A DNA stretch of 61,523 nt, the filler included, from Platydemus manokwari (Eukaryota), in the NCBI GenBank assembly GCA_037951405.1. It is 5 parts of 5 records of this genome, joined end to end, with 100 filler letters (N's around TTAATTAATTAA, not from the genome) between each part and the next. Parts side by side here need not be neighbours in the genome. Positions count along the whole stretch, not along the records: positions 1 to 18,514 come from JBBMOY010333336.1; 4 more parts are not named here. One strand, 5' to 3'. This document shows positions 1 through 14,103 of this stretch, one piece after another. Numbering within the stretch: position 1 is the stretch's first letter; each line of letters opens with the position of its first letter. Made by a program: the position numbers and the translations under genes. The notes below the pieces were generated by a model. That model made no database searches, was not told the origin of the DNA, and saw only the letters and a program-made list of their open reading frames with translations.

Positions 1-70
<70 letters not shown>
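1..70. repeat. (TAA)n microsatellite
   Basis: Perfect TAA repeat from the window start. Confidence 0.97.
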
Positions 71-71
<1 letters not shown>

Positions 72-1753
72 GTGATTTTAATGATAATTGATAAAAATAG
101 TTCTAACTATAAAATTATTTTTTTAATTTAATTTACTTCTTCGTATTGATTGTAGTTTTTGTTATCTATTTGCTATATTTGTTAGTCCAATTAATTTCGT
201 TACATTTTTTTAATGCATATATCGATTTTTACAGATTTTCTCATTATTGGATAAATTTAAGAGAAAATTAAATTCCTAGTTAATTAAAACAAAAATTACA
301 ATCATCTAGTATTCTTGTGTGGAAAATTTTGTTTCACATAATTAATGGTATCGAATCGGAATGAGACCAGCTGTAAGTGTTTCGTAAGTACAGAAGAAAA
401 CAATATCGATTAGCCCTACGAAAAATTCAGTTCATTGAAACAAAACTTCAGTGGCTAAATATTCAAAGACATAAATTATTTAAGAAACGTGATCGATAAT
501 GAAAACTTGAATCCGATATTAATAAAATTTATGTCAAATCTAATATCCGCTTTGATCGCAAATTTCTACGAGGGAGTTTTTCGTGGGCCGACTAAAACCG
601 TTTCCAAGTGATCCATTGTTAATCTCATCAAAATCGATAATTACAAGAGACTGATTGGTTATTATTCTGTAGATATTTTCCCCATTCTTTTAGGAAGTCA
701 GACGGAAATTTTGATTTCGATTATGAAGTTTACAGTTTATTAAATCGTCCCATTCGACAATTAGTCACATTCGACCAAAGAAGACCGCTCTCCGTGACTG
801 AACAGCCCGAAAATCTTTATTGAGTCTAGTTGAACTAGTTGGGGAATTGATTAATGAGAAGATATTTGGTATTAATAAGTTTATAAATTCGAGCGATATT
901 GTTCCCGTTTTAGTTGTTTTAGTTGAGATGAATTTGTCCTATGGATGACATTATATGTGGACTTATAAACCCCCAAAGTGTCCTCATAGAATATGTTTTC
1001 AATAATCTTCTAATGAATAACAAAATGTTTTTGTTTTCTTCAATCCACACACACACACACGTATATATATTTACATTTATTTTATCCGGAAGTCCTAAAA
1101 TCACCTTACCAGTTTTGTATGATGCTCATTAATGCTCAGATATTAATGTCTCCTTCGGAAATATTCCTACAAATCCATTGAAGAGATTTACTGGAATTAG
1201 GCCAAAATGGTACCTTGGATATTGATTATTCTATTTCGAGATTTAAATGAATATTTGCCAAGTATTTACCTAACGCGTTGTTTGTTCATTTCTGAATTCA
1301 AGTTTAGAATTCTAAAATTATTATTCTTGTCGCAAATTTTCAGTTGAGAATAGCTAATTTTGTAATTATCCAATTAATTTAATTTATAATAAGCTACTAA
1401 CAATTGACAGTAACTTATATGTGTAATATTTAATTTACAATCTGATGCAAATAATTGCTCATCCTGCTCCATTTCTGATTTGTGAATTTTTATATTTCAC
1501 ATTGTTTTCAGAAATGCTTGAAACTTGAATATGATTTTGATCAATTAGGTATGAAGAAATAGAAATTAACGAATGACATAAATTGACGTATCTTCCAGTC
1601 TTTTAAAGCGAGATACCTCAATACATAAGATGATGATTTAATTTAACCTTACTCGAGCATGTACCTAATTATGGTTAATAAAATAAATAAACATAATTAT
1701 TATGGAAACTATGTTATAATATAAATAAGTAAGATTTCGATTTTCTCATTCAG

Positions 1754-1906
1754 AAAGATCCAAGAGATGTCAGCAACTTCGACCAGGAGTTCACAAAGGA
1801 AACGGCTCAGCTAACACCCACAGATAAGCTATTCATTATGAATCTCGATCAAACCGAATTTTCTGGGTTTTCGTTCGTCAATCCTGAATTTATTGTCGAG
1901 GTGTAA
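1754..1906 (+). CDS. PRKCB: Terminal coding exon of a conventional protein kinase C (AGC kinase C-terminal/V5 tail, PKC-betaI-like)
   Basis: After the acceptor ttttctcattcag the frame reads [50 protein letters not shown]. It has the NFD motif, turn motif TPTD and hydrophobic motif FSGFSF, and closely matches the recalled human PKC-betaI tail ([31 protein letters not shown]). Upstream exons lie outside the window. The symbol marks the closest vertebrate paralogue, not proven 1:1 orthology. Confidence 0.93.
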   Translation, partial: KDPRDVSNFDQEFTKETAQLTPTDKLFIMNLDQTEFSGFSFVNPEFIVEV

Positions 1907-3236
1907 AATGTTGGCTCCATTCCAATAATTCCGACGCACTCAAACCAATTTCTTTGACACTCGTGCATAATATGGTCCAATTTCGTTGGATCAAAAATTA
2001 TATATTGATCGATCACATATTTGCTGGATCTTGAATTCAAAAACACCTCGCTTCACTTGACAAGTAGATATCTATCTGACAAATAGCAATGCATTATGTT
2101 TGTTCGTTGCGTAATTATTTTTGAGTCTATTATTGTTTTTATGAATTGTTCTGTAACTTTTAGAGATTTGGATGGAATGTGAATTGATAGCTGTTTTAGT
2201 ATTGGATTATTATTATTATTCTATTCTCGTAGTAGAGTGCATTTTGGAGAATAATACAATTTTTCTTTCATTTTAAGCCAACATCATTGGTGTAATTTCT
2301 AGCGATGAAAGAATAATTTTTCACGTTTAAAATTGGATTCAGACGCAGCTAAATGGAATCATAAAATCAGATACATTGAGTTTTTTCATTTAGAGTTTAA
2401 TTACGTCGATTCCGTGAGTTTCGTATCAAATATATATATTAAGGTTATATATTAAGATTATACATTACTAAAATTTAATTTAAATGATATGTTCCACTAG
2501 TTAGTGTAACCATGGTTAAATTCTTTCATTTTTGAGAACTCATTTGAAATATGAACAAAATAATCGACACAAAATTTTATTTTTTTGAAACACGAAGTCG
2601 TTATGTAATTCCGTTTCTTTGGAGGTTTATTAGTTTATATCCTAATCCAGCCTTACGAGTCCGTTAAAGAAGCATCGAATCCTTTATTTGCGATCTCAAT
2701 ACGCGATTTGATATTTGATAGGTTTAGAATTCGATATAATCTGTCAAAGTGCAAACAGAGCATTTTAATGTTTTCCTTTATTTGACATTGTGAGGTTTAA
2801 AATTAAATTTAATAATTTACAAAAATTATTTTTAATTATTTATATTAAAAATATTTAATAATTTATTTGGTTCAGACAATTATCGTAAGCTCTCAAAATT
2901 TAAAAAATAATTCATTTAAAAAAGAAAATTAAAATGTGTTAAGAATAATTTTATACTAATTATTAAAGAAGGAATATTTGTTTAGATAATCTGTAATATG
3001 AAATATATTTTTACACATTGAGAATTATTATGACCTTTGAATATGACTTAAAAAACGAACAGGTGTTAACAGCTAATAGGTATGAAGTCAAAATTAGGAG
3101 AACATTTTTGAATTTTCGCGCCAATGTTATCAGTTATTATTAATCTCAATAAAATGTAATGAAATTTTGAAAAATCGGGGTCATTATAAATTTTACCTGT
3201 TAAGAAAGCAAAACTAATTTCCGATATGATATAGTT

Positions 3237-3341
3237 CAGGGGTGGCCAACCGGTCGATCTTGAAGCCAATTTTAGTCGATCGCGTGAGATGTTATTCAAA
3301 TGAAAAGTCGATCATACGTACACAAAAGTTGGCCACCTCTG
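3237..3341. mobile_element. 105-bp hAT-type MITE, copy 1
   Basis: TIRs CAGGGGTGGCCAAC / GTTGGCCACCTCTG (13/14 match). The 8-bp flanks ATATAGTT / ATATAGTC form a near-perfect hAT-size TSD. A near-identical copy lies at 35307-35411. Confidence 0.88.
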
Positions 3342-3661
3342 ATATAGTCAATCTCAGATTGATCTATCTTGCACTCTAAATCAATACATTAAAATACAAG
3401 AACCACGTGTTACCAACAAATCATATAAATGAACATTGCAGATAACATCTTCCGCATTTTATTAATTTGTGTTCGAATGGTCACTAGCTCTATCATATCG
3501 AAATAAAAATTATAAATGGAAAATATTGGAATATATTATATCCAATGATCATTTATATAATGCTCATATTTAATAATATTTTCTAAATTTTTAAAATGGT
3601 CATGTGATCGATGATCTTATTTTACCAACTCAATATCTTGTTGTGATTTTAGAGAGACCAA

Positions 3662-4202
3662 GTTTATGTTATTCATTACGAAATCTTGCCAATAAACCAA
3701 ACAATCAATGCCGAAATTTGTTGTGAACAACTCAAACGAGTAACACTACAATTAAAGTAACGAGGACCAATAAAAAGCAGATAACTTTACAGCATGACAA
3801 TGCTTGGTCTTATGAAGCCACAATGACAAAGTTGTGTATTGAAAAGGTTGGCTGGGATGTTCTTCCACATCATCCATATTCGCCCGTCTTAGCCCCAACA
3901 GATTTTCACAATTTCCGCTCCATGTCGAACCATCTTTCTTGTGTCACATTCGAAAACGAAGAAACAATAACAACATGGATTGAAGAATTTTTCGACCAAA
4001 AATCATCAAGCTTCTTCAAACGTGGGGTTGACAAACTGGCAGAATGGTGGAAAGAAGTGATCGATTGTGGCGGAGAATATCTCACCGATTGAGACTGGGA
4101 TATTTGTTTTTACTAATGATTTCATGAATTCATTTTGTTATCTGGAATTTTTCGCATTTTTCCTAATTGTGAAAAACCGCACGAACTCATTCACCAATCC
4201 AA
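3662..4202 (+). mobile_element. Decayed mariner transposase 3' part with right TIR
   Basis: Broken frames give VIHYEILPINQTINAEICCEQLKR, LQHDNA and WDVLPHHPYSPVLAPTDFHNFRSM (mariner YSPDLAPSD motif), ending WKEVIDCGGEYLTD*. A mariner-like terminus ...CATTCACCAATCCAA follows. Confidence 0.9.
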
Positions 4203-5443
4203 CAAAATAAAATTATATCCCGAAATCAATTTATTTAATGCCTATAAAAATATCAGCTCTATTATTATAATATTTTTAAAATACTTTAACTACAATTTGG
4301 TTGTATCAATCATCAGATTTGGATTTGTATTGCCGGAATAGTTTTGCAGTGTTGGAATTGGTTTATATTGTTGGAATCAGATTGAGAGATTGTTTGTGTT
4401 TGCGCTGATTATTTATTGGGTTGGTGCTGCCTTCAATATATTCATGACATTATGGTCTTCTTATGAAATTGGAGAAATGTTTAGTTCTTCTGTATCATTA
4501 TGATTGTAAACAATTTCCTCATAATTTTGTAAATGTTCTTGAAGATTCGTTCTACCATCAGTTAAATTATATACAGAATTGAATTTATTAAATGGTATTA
4601 AACTTTTTCAGTGAAATTCACCAATAGAAAATTTATTTTAAAATTTATAATTAGTTATTTCTGCTAATCCTAAATCTCCTCCATTTTCGAAATTAGAACT
4701 TCTTAATCCTTCAAAGATGGCCATTGGCTGAATTCCTACATTTAGTACTTTTTATTCGGACCATTTGTATTATTCGTGTGATATTAAGCCTTTTCGTGTT
4801 TTGCTCTATTATTTTATTTTATAAATTATTTTATGATAATTTTTTAATAAATATAGCCTCGAATCTATTTCGATTTAAACTCCAAGGGTTTTTGACCAAA
4901 ATAAAATAATAATTAATCCCTATAAAATTATTCTTTTATCTTTTGAAATGTTAATTGATGGAAGTTCAGGTTGTTGTGATAAAGTACGCTTCCCTTTCAC
5001 GTGTTATTTAATCCAAAGTCTGAGAGTATTTTCAAGAACTACCATCGATTTAAATGTGGTTTATCTAAAGAAATTATTGATAAAATATTTGAAGAACACC
5101 ATAAATTTGATTTTTCTTTAAGAGCAAATGAATTTTTAATTAAAACAATAATTTCGCCCACAAATTATTTAAAAATAAAGAGGAAATGAAAATTACTAAA
5201 TTTAGTTGATAATTATTAGTTGCTAAATATGGAGTCATTATAGTTTACTGAGACAAGGACTCTATATTAAATAATTATAAAATATTTTAAATCATACAGG
5301 CAAAATAAGACCATTTTGACAGTAAGTTGAACAATAACTCTACAGCTTGAAAGTAGATTAAAAGGTTAGGCTTCCTTAGGTTACATTTGAAGTCGTTAAG
5401 ATTACTCTAATGAATAAATAATTGATCTTTGGCAGTGATGCTT

Positions 5444-6008
5444 CTAATCTATTTTCAGTCTAATCATTTCCTGAAATCGAATACGACCATGGCGGAACAA
5501 TATCTTAATAAATTTATAACTTATGTTCACTTCGACTGAGCACAACAATATGGAGATTGTTGGTGCGGCGTTACCATACAATTTAATCACGATCAATAAC
5601 TTGCAAGCAACTGTGTTGCAACCATAAGTTTTCACTTGAATATATGGCTTTGTTTGAAATCTAGAATCATGTGATAAGATATTCAAATAAATCACTGCAG
5701 TGATAGGCAATGATTATGATAGTGCTGAACGATGCTATAATGAACACTTAACCAATTATAGCGAATAAATAAAGCCAAAATATGCTTCATAAAAATATTT
5801 TAAATGATAACCAGCAAAAATATCAATAATTACAAAAATTGAAAACAAATACAAAGCTTGAGAACGTAGAAAATTTTTCTTTCAATTCCAGTGAAGATTG
5901 CCACACAGCATTCCTTGGCGTTATTGGAGTAATATCAGATTTCTCTATTGTAAATGTATATAATAAGATAATATATGAAATAAGATAAAAAGTAAAATAT
6001 GATTTCAT
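5444..6008 (-). pseudogene. Probable decayed rhodopsin-like GPCR fragment (TM1-TM3)
   Basis: Hydrophobic segments FSSFVFVFNFCNY*YFCW and SIFWLYLFAIIG*VFII, then a frameshift to ...ACKLLIVIKLYGNAAPTISILLCSVE. This has the TM3-start Cys and an S-x-E approaching the DRY position, with several in-frame stops. Confidence 0.35.
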
Positions 6009-9000
6009 GGATTAAGAAAAGCCTACCTTTTATGTTCCAGTCAGAAAACCGGGCATAAAATAAATAGCAAACGATAGGCAAATTTGACTGCAGATAATAT
6101 TGTAATGCTCTTCGTCAAACTACTGTTCGATCAGCTGTTTCCCTCAGCTTATAAACTGTTTTCTGATTAATGAAAATATTCTGACGGATCAATAATTTAT
6201 TCTAATGCTTCTTCTCTAGAAGAAAGGAATTATTTTTCTTTTCTATTTTATTTCAAGGTGTAAATCATTTTATTGAACTTCTTTATTATTGGGTTTTAAT
6301 TATTTATATTCTGAAATGGATTTCTTCCATTTTAAAGGAGTTTATTTTAGCTTATGGGGATTTATTTAATTTAAAAATTTTATTTATCGGCAATGGTTTT
6401 TTGGAATTATGGATTACCAATAAAATTTAATGATAAACAATACAACAAAGACACTTTAATTTAATATATATGAATTTGATATATGAATCAAAATGGATGT
6501 TGTGTAAATCAATAATTCAGTTCGCTATAATTGATGAGAAACAATGTTGGAATTAGATGATGAAAGCCTCTTAAATGGTAAAAATTAAGTTGTGATCCCC
6601 CTCGAGTCTTTTAATAACATTGATAGATTTTGATTTGCTGTTCTGTTCAACTTGTTAGTCTGACTCCAGATGTCGGTTGCGTTCGTGATGCAGAAAATTA
6701 TTGAAAATCTATACAATATCGAATAACAAATAGATAAATGTCATTACCAATAACAATAAATATAACATAAACGTTTGTGTTATGATTTAGTTTTCTCTCC
6801 TATATGAAAAACGGAGTCGGTAACGAAAATATTGGTGATAATATGGCTAGCCTTACATCAAGCAAACATATATAAAAGAAGAGAAGAAAATGAAACTTGC
6901 ACTTAGTATTAAAAGTACCGGACTCTATGAGTGCAGCACTGGATGAAATTAAATATCATTTGAGTGAGTTTCTTGTTCCAATCGTCCTCTTTTGATGTTC
7001 AATCTGGCAACTGTCAAAATATGGCTGACGAGAATTGTGGAAAATCAAAATATTGTCCTGAAATTGTAGCTGGTGAAAAGTATGTTCGGAAATGAACTAG
7101 TGAAAGTAAAAATCTCGTCTAGGAATTATGGTCAGTAATTCTGGCTGTCAAAAATTGGGCCGACGAATTCGTTTATCACTAAATTCTGATTGACACAAAA
7201 TTATGCATTTCTTACCGATTGCGTTTGATATTTTTTAGGTTTTCTGCTTCCGTGGACGTACGTGGCTAGTTAGCCATTCGATGTTTAAATCTAGACATTT
7301 CAATGACTAAATTTGGTTACGTGGGTTAGTATTAATTACTCTCGCATTTAATTTTAGATTGAGAAAACGCGGTATTGTTTTGTTCCTGTTAATTACTTAT
7401 TTATCAATTAATTTAGGGTGCTGGGTGTGATTCCCAACACATTGGTTAGAACACTGCTATAATAATAACACCATCAAAATAACCAAAGACCAGTTTTGAT
7501 GAAAAATCTATTTGAGGTTTCTTAATTAGTCAGTTATCTGATTAATTTGGGGGCGGATAACTCCGTTTACATCAATCTGCACAATTCTTTTCACACACAC
7601 ATGCACGTTTGTGTGCGTATGACGAAAATAAATAACAAATCAATCGGAGCCAAGTATTAAATTGCAATCCCAGTAGTGAATTATAAGATTTTTATTGCAT
7701 TTCTTTCATCTCTCGAGTTGCAAATCAATCGAAAAAACGATAATTAAACAAATGTAGTGTCCTTCAGACGCAAAAGTTCTCCCGATAATCAATGGCAAAA
7801 AAATTCTTTGATGCAGTTTCTGTAAGTATCTCAGAATCGAAACACTCCATTGAATTGTAATAAAATTTTCAGCTTTTTAATCGAGGTAGCCAATATTAGT
7901 TCACCGTCTTTCAACGTCACAATAGCGTTGCTATATCGGTGGTTCATGTTACAAAACAATCACGAAAACAATCCAAATCAGTCTCACATAAAACCCAATG
8001 CCATCATTTCATGGATATTTTCATTTAAAAAATCCTATTTTTTCTGAGAATTATCACTGCAGATCTGTTGGGTGAAATAATAAAAATTAATTTTCTGCAA
8101 CCGTGAAAGCAACAGCGATCAATGACAACAATCAAATGAACAACTGCAAAATCCTTACGAAATCAATAAAATCGAATAAAAACAAATCAAACATTTTATA
8201 ATAAATCGATAAAAATTGTACGAAAACTCATTAATCGTTATAAGAGTAAATAAATAGAAATGAACAACAATAAGAGCCAGCATTAATCATTAAAATATCA
8301 AAAAACAAGATGGCGACCAAACGAGTAATTTCGATTTTGTGTCATTTCCAGAAAAACTAATTTAAAAAATCAACTTCCAAATCCAAAGGTTAAATTAAAT
8401 CGCGATCTCTCCACAATGGCGTGCATTAATTAATCTTAATTGGTCGGAGTTAATCCATTTGGTGTAGTTATCTTGGAAAACATTTTTCCAGAGATAACTT
8501 CTTACAGCAACCATTAAGCTCATCAAATCTGACCACCAGTGTTGCTACTGAATGATTTCCTATAAGAAATCAATAATCGAACATGTCTATTGTTCAATAC
8601 TTTTCATTGGACTGTTCCCATTAAAATCAATTAAAATCATAAATAGAAATAACTCGAGTTTTCAATATCGAAACACTTTGGTGCTTATCATTATCGATTT
8701 ATATTCATAGGCGATACCAGAACATGATATAAAATGGTCACATTTTTCAATATTTTTAATTTCCTCGCCAATGAAAATTTAAATTGGTTAAAATAAACAA
8801 AAACTTATTCAAGATATTGGTGAATAAATTTCATTTTCGATCGATAATTTAAAAACAAAAGAACAAACAATTTTTAGTTTACCGTTTTAACGATTTATTT
8901 AATCATCAACACTATTAATCATCATAAAAACCGCAATGATTTCTATTTTTATCTTAGAATTTTACATTTTCATCTCAAAAAATCAATAAATTAGCACTAA

Positions 9001-12000
9001 TGGAATTTAATGGAGATAAACAATTTCTATCAAGCAAAATTTTTTGAGTGAAAAATTTCGTTTAGATATTCAATTTGTCGAGCATTTCTTAACAGAATCA
9101 TCGACATAACAAAATGAAGAGTAAGCATAGTTACGGTTTGGGTTAAATCATTTTTGATATATAGCATTTAAGCCGCCTTTTAACACTTACAATTATTCTC
9201 TCAATTATCTCTCTAAATTGAAACGAAACGAGACTCACGACTCTCAGAAAACATGCTGCATCTGAATTTTTATATCTTAAGTCTGAGTGGGTTTAGTAAT
9301 CAGATCCTCAACAACATTGTATAACTATCTGCTACTTTGTTAATTTCATAGACTCTTCCAAACATGCTCAGAACAATAGATAGCTTGTTTCATTTTGCAC
9401 GAGTATTTTAGAATATTTTAATTAGATATAGAGCATTCAGATAATCAATAGGTATGCTTCATTTCCGCACTGTGATCATACCTGAAAGCTGTTTTATGTA
9501 AAGACTACAAGAAAAAAATACTAAGCGATCCATTTAATATTCAAGGCTGCCCAAGATTAGAATTATTCAATGCTCAAAATAGAGCAGGAAACTTATCCAA
9601 TATAATTTGTGAATAAATCAAAATGAGTTTTTCATATGAAAATGATGAGGTAAACCTCTCAACTAGGGCTCGAATCCTGAATTATTTGAAAATGTAATCC
9701 CTTTTTCTTTATCAGTAAAATAACATATACTTCACTTTATAAGAGTCTTCACTTCTGCTCTAATTTCCTCTCGAATTATCTTAAAAATTAAATTCTTGAA
9801 TGTTTAGCCACCATTTCTATGTTTTCTGTTTCGGTTTTCTATTCTAAGAACTTTCGAAATCTAAATTTTCCAGTAAATTAAAATAGTTTTTTGTCAAATA
9901 AAGATTTTTCCGTTTTCATTATTTTAGTGACTGTCAAAAATTTATCAACATCACATTGTTTTCGTGTTTTGAGGTTTTAAAGTTTTCATTTTTTCAGTAA
10001 TTAATATTACTGTTTGTTCTCATTGATCTCCAACTTGATCTGAAGGACTCACATGAAAAGAGACTTCTAACCAAGTAAGCATATTCTTTATTAATAGAAT
10101 CGTTGGACATCTAGCCGACAATGAATCCTCAGACCAATCAATACAGCAGAAATACAATAACGTAAACGCAATAATAACAACCATATCAGATATTTAATGG
10201 TTTATGGATTAAACGAAGAGAAAAAATATACTATTTTAATCTATTAACAAAAAATGGGAACATTTACTTCAATTGATAATTGTTTAGAGAAACAATTAAG
10301 ATAACCACATTATTAGTTACAGAAGTTCTCTTGACTTACAAGTGAAAATTGGGTAATGTGTTTTGTTATAATATTTATTCTTTGGCATTAACCGTGCCGG
10401 GCTACATAACACGTTGAGCCACGATAAGCATGGATGAGTTAGCACTTTTTGGTTTTTGTTCTTGTTTATAAAATTTCAAATATTTTGTATTATCGCGCTT
10501 CTCATTGGCTTTTATCAATCCAGAATTAATGCTGCTGAGATATAAATGAATGTCAAATAATTTTTAACCGGTAAGCGTTATTGTACACGCCAAAAGTGCA
10601 AGGCGTGTAAAGTAGTATAAAAACATAAATTATGAGTTCTTGAACAGTCTTATATTTTAATAATAGAACTCAGTTCCTACAATAGTAGTCATCATATTAT
10701 TATAGAAGTCCATCCACAGTAAAAAGAGAATCACCATAGTAACAAAAATAAAATTATATAGATATATCCGATTTCTTACATTTCCCAGAATCTCTTAAGT
10801 TTGCTGCTTTATAATACCTTAATATTTAAAATATCATTCATAAAATCGACGAGCATTTTAATATATTCCCTGTTATTAGCTTTATCTTTTGAATTAAACA
10901 TGTTCATAGATTCCTTACATTTCAGCCTTTTCTTCAATGGATCATCTGAACTGATTTGATATTCAGAAATCTATTCTATGTTGTTTATCCAGTAATGTTT
11001 TTGGTAAAACTATTTATAATAAATTTTTAATATTTTGAAACTATTACACTTCAAAAGAAAATATAATTATCCAAGTTATTCATTTGAACTCTATCTGAAT
11101 ACATTTAGTGATATCGGATTTATTGCCTTTAATGGGCTTAGGTTTCAAAATCCAGTCATTGGTATCTACAACTGCATTATTTTATCCGCCGAAATTCCAA
11201 AAGTATTTTTATTTCCTCAGATAAAATAATACGATTTCCAAACATCAACTTGAAGTTGAAGCGATAATTGCTTGAAAGATTTATAAAATTCGGCAATAAA
11301 TAAGCGTTCAGCTTTATTCGAAGTGATAAAAAAAAACCTGAAAAAACATTTCACCAAAATCAGAACTCCCATAAAAATACAATTGCATCCATCGGTCGAT
11401 ATAAAAATAAATAAAATCCTAGCAATGCTGGTGATAAGATTGATTAATTTTCTTACTGTTTATAAATGTGTTTTCAATAATCAGGTAGAAAAAGGTAATT
11501 TGGATAATTTCAAATGACTTCCGAAACAAAGGTCTTGCCTCGATAATTAAAAATGTTTTATCGATTTTTTCCTCAAGAAATATTTAATCCTTTAATCTGG
11601 CGAGACCATCTCATATATAAATCAAGACATTCAAGCAACAGAGATTCACGATGTTGATTTGTTGCGATTTTTTCCTCTCTAGTTTTCGCTGTCGTTGACT
11701 TATTGATTTCCAAATTGTTTATTCGAGCATTGCTATTAATTTGAGACGGGTTTCCGTGAATAAATTCTTACTCTAATTACGAAACGTATTATTTTATTAT
11801 AAATAACATATCATCAATTTAGCATGAACTAATGAATCGTTTGGTCAACTCGCTGGAATAGCAAGCAATTATTTATTAAAATATTCGAATTTCTTATATA
11901 AAGAATTAGAAATTAAATGCTGATGAAAATGAATGAAAGGAGATGAATCAGTAATTTATTTGAATTAGATTTTAAAGAAAAGAAAGAAGAGTTTCTTTGA

Positions 12001-13766
12001 ATATAAAATCATTATTAATAAATTATTTTTGTTTTACATAAAAAAAATATGAACAACATGTTCTAAATTATTTTGCTATGAGCTGTGAACATAAATGATG
12101 TCACCATTAGGTATTTCTGTCAGTAAATATTTGAAAACAATGCCATTGTAGATGTGGGAAACAAATTATTGATTTACCTTTATCGGTTTAAAATAAGAAA
12201 AAAGGCAGAAAGCATTTTGTTCAAATAAATTCTGCCTATTGCTGGTACTTTATGATAGTCCAATGTTTTAGAAATAGTTTAAGAAAGCTCAAAAGACAAT
12301 AAGGAACATCAAGATTTCAATAATTCAAATTCGATTAGAGACGTCAATGGATTTAAAAATACCAAAAACATTACCATGAGGTTTTATTGAATTATGAAAT
12401 TGAAGAAATGAATTTGTCAGACGAGATAACAATTCTGATTGGGAAAAATTGAACAACAAATCTTATATATTGATTTGAGTTGTCACATTTGCAATAATGG
12501 ATCAAGTTTAAAAACAATCTTTTCAAAGATTTCAGCACTTCTCGTTTGCGATTTGTGAGGATTTAAAAACCATTAATTTGTTAAAATAATTATTCTCAAA
12601 CAAGATAATTTGGTCACGTGACTTTTCAGTTAGTGCGTCCTTTATAAAATGTTAGCGACTTTATTTATTATTCTGATATTTTATTGATTGTTCCATGTTT
12701 AACCTGGCAAGCTCATTGGAAAAAACTTAATTCCAATAAAAATTCTTTAAAATTTTAAGTATCAAAATTAAATTCCATCAGATCCTTCAATGCTGTGAAT
12801 TAGTTTCTTTCTACCCAAGGATTAGAAATGCTTTGTTTTCAGTCGGATCAAAGAGTGGAAAGGTCAAAGAATTTTAATAAACATTTTGTTTATCCATTAA
12901 ATTGAAAGATAAATAATTGAAAATCAATGACATTCTATGATTGGTTCCAAATTATTCAATTCATTCAACTGACGGAATCAAATAAACCAAGTAATTTTTT
13001 TTGCAAATGCCGTTTTTTGTTATTTACAAAACAGATCTTCACATCCTTGATAATAAAATACATGGAACACAACATGTAAATATCAGGATTGACGGAATAT
13101 AATGCTAGCTTCAGTGATGAAGACACTCAGTCTATTGGAATTTTTGAAGTCCACAAGTATTGCTTGGCCTTATATATTTCTTTTTTTAAAGATAATGTCG
13201 GTAACCAAACAAGATCATTGACCACTTAAGCATCTCGAACGAGACCCTCTAGCACATCAAATGTGTTCCGATTTGCGCTATTCCGAGTACCTCTCGCCAC
13301 TTATAAATATTATGTTTATATTTTTATCTGGAGCGATACCTTCTAGGCAGTTTGTATTTCATAGAGCTTAGTGTATGTTTATTATATGCTCGTTCGAATT
13401 TAGTTTCACAGTTCGAATTTTCATTTCATAGAAAACCCCTCACATTAAGTGGTTAAAAATATTTCATTTTTTGCAATTCTATAAAAGTCTGGATTATTCT
13501 ATACGTTTTAAACAATAATTTCGGTTATCTTTATCAAGATTTAATAAAGAAATATTTGATAGCTTCTTACTATTCGGAAACAATATTATAAAATTCTAAA
13601 TGGTATCTTTGTTCTGCCAGTTATTTAAGGTTGATCTTGGTGAGGTTTTCTTCAAAAGTTTGTCGTAATATCAAAATGGTTATGTCTAATTTTCAGCATA
13701 AATGTCGAGCTCTAAATTAAATCAAATAAATGGGAACATAAAACAAATGAAAGTTCTATTATAAGT

Positions 13767-14103
13767 TGTTATAAGTTCGAACAACAGGATGCACACGAAA
13801 GGGATGTGTATCGTCAAAATAAGTATATAAAGAGCGAGATAACTCTTGATTTTCGTCATTTCAACGAATATGATCACTAGTAGAGTGTTCAACACGGTAA
13901 TAATTGTAGTAGGAAGTGTACATTGTAACTGTAGAATAGTGTGTTAGTAAGTTTATTGTGTAATAATGTAGCATTAGCTAGAAGTAGATTTTGAGCAAAA
14001 GTATCCGAAAGAAGTATCTCGTCTATGTATAGTGTAGCAGCAATATATCTTATTAGAAAACTATATTTCTTTTTATTCAGTGTGAACCAAAATTAGATTA
14101 GCA
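13767..14103 (+). mobile_element. Possible solo LTR
   Basis: Begins TGTTATAAG, has an internal TATA (AGTATATAAAG) and LTR-like composition. No TSD was found and the right boundary is uncertain. Confidence 0.25.

Noticed and set aside
693-822. Possible alternative PKC tail exon (KSDGNFDFDY...)
   Set aside because: Has NFD only; no turn or hydrophobic motif, and the frame does not fit a phase-0 acceptor.
1849-2046. Minus-strand 65-aa ORF
   Set aside because: Antisense shadow of the PKC exon and its 3' UTR.
7893-7914. Minus-strand TGAAAGACGG... resembling miR-71
   Set aside because: Only the seed matches; the GGTAGTGAGA 3' part and a hairpin partner are absent.
9650-9685. tRNA T-loop-like GGCTCGAATCC
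   Set aside because: No cloverleaf or A-box can be built around it.
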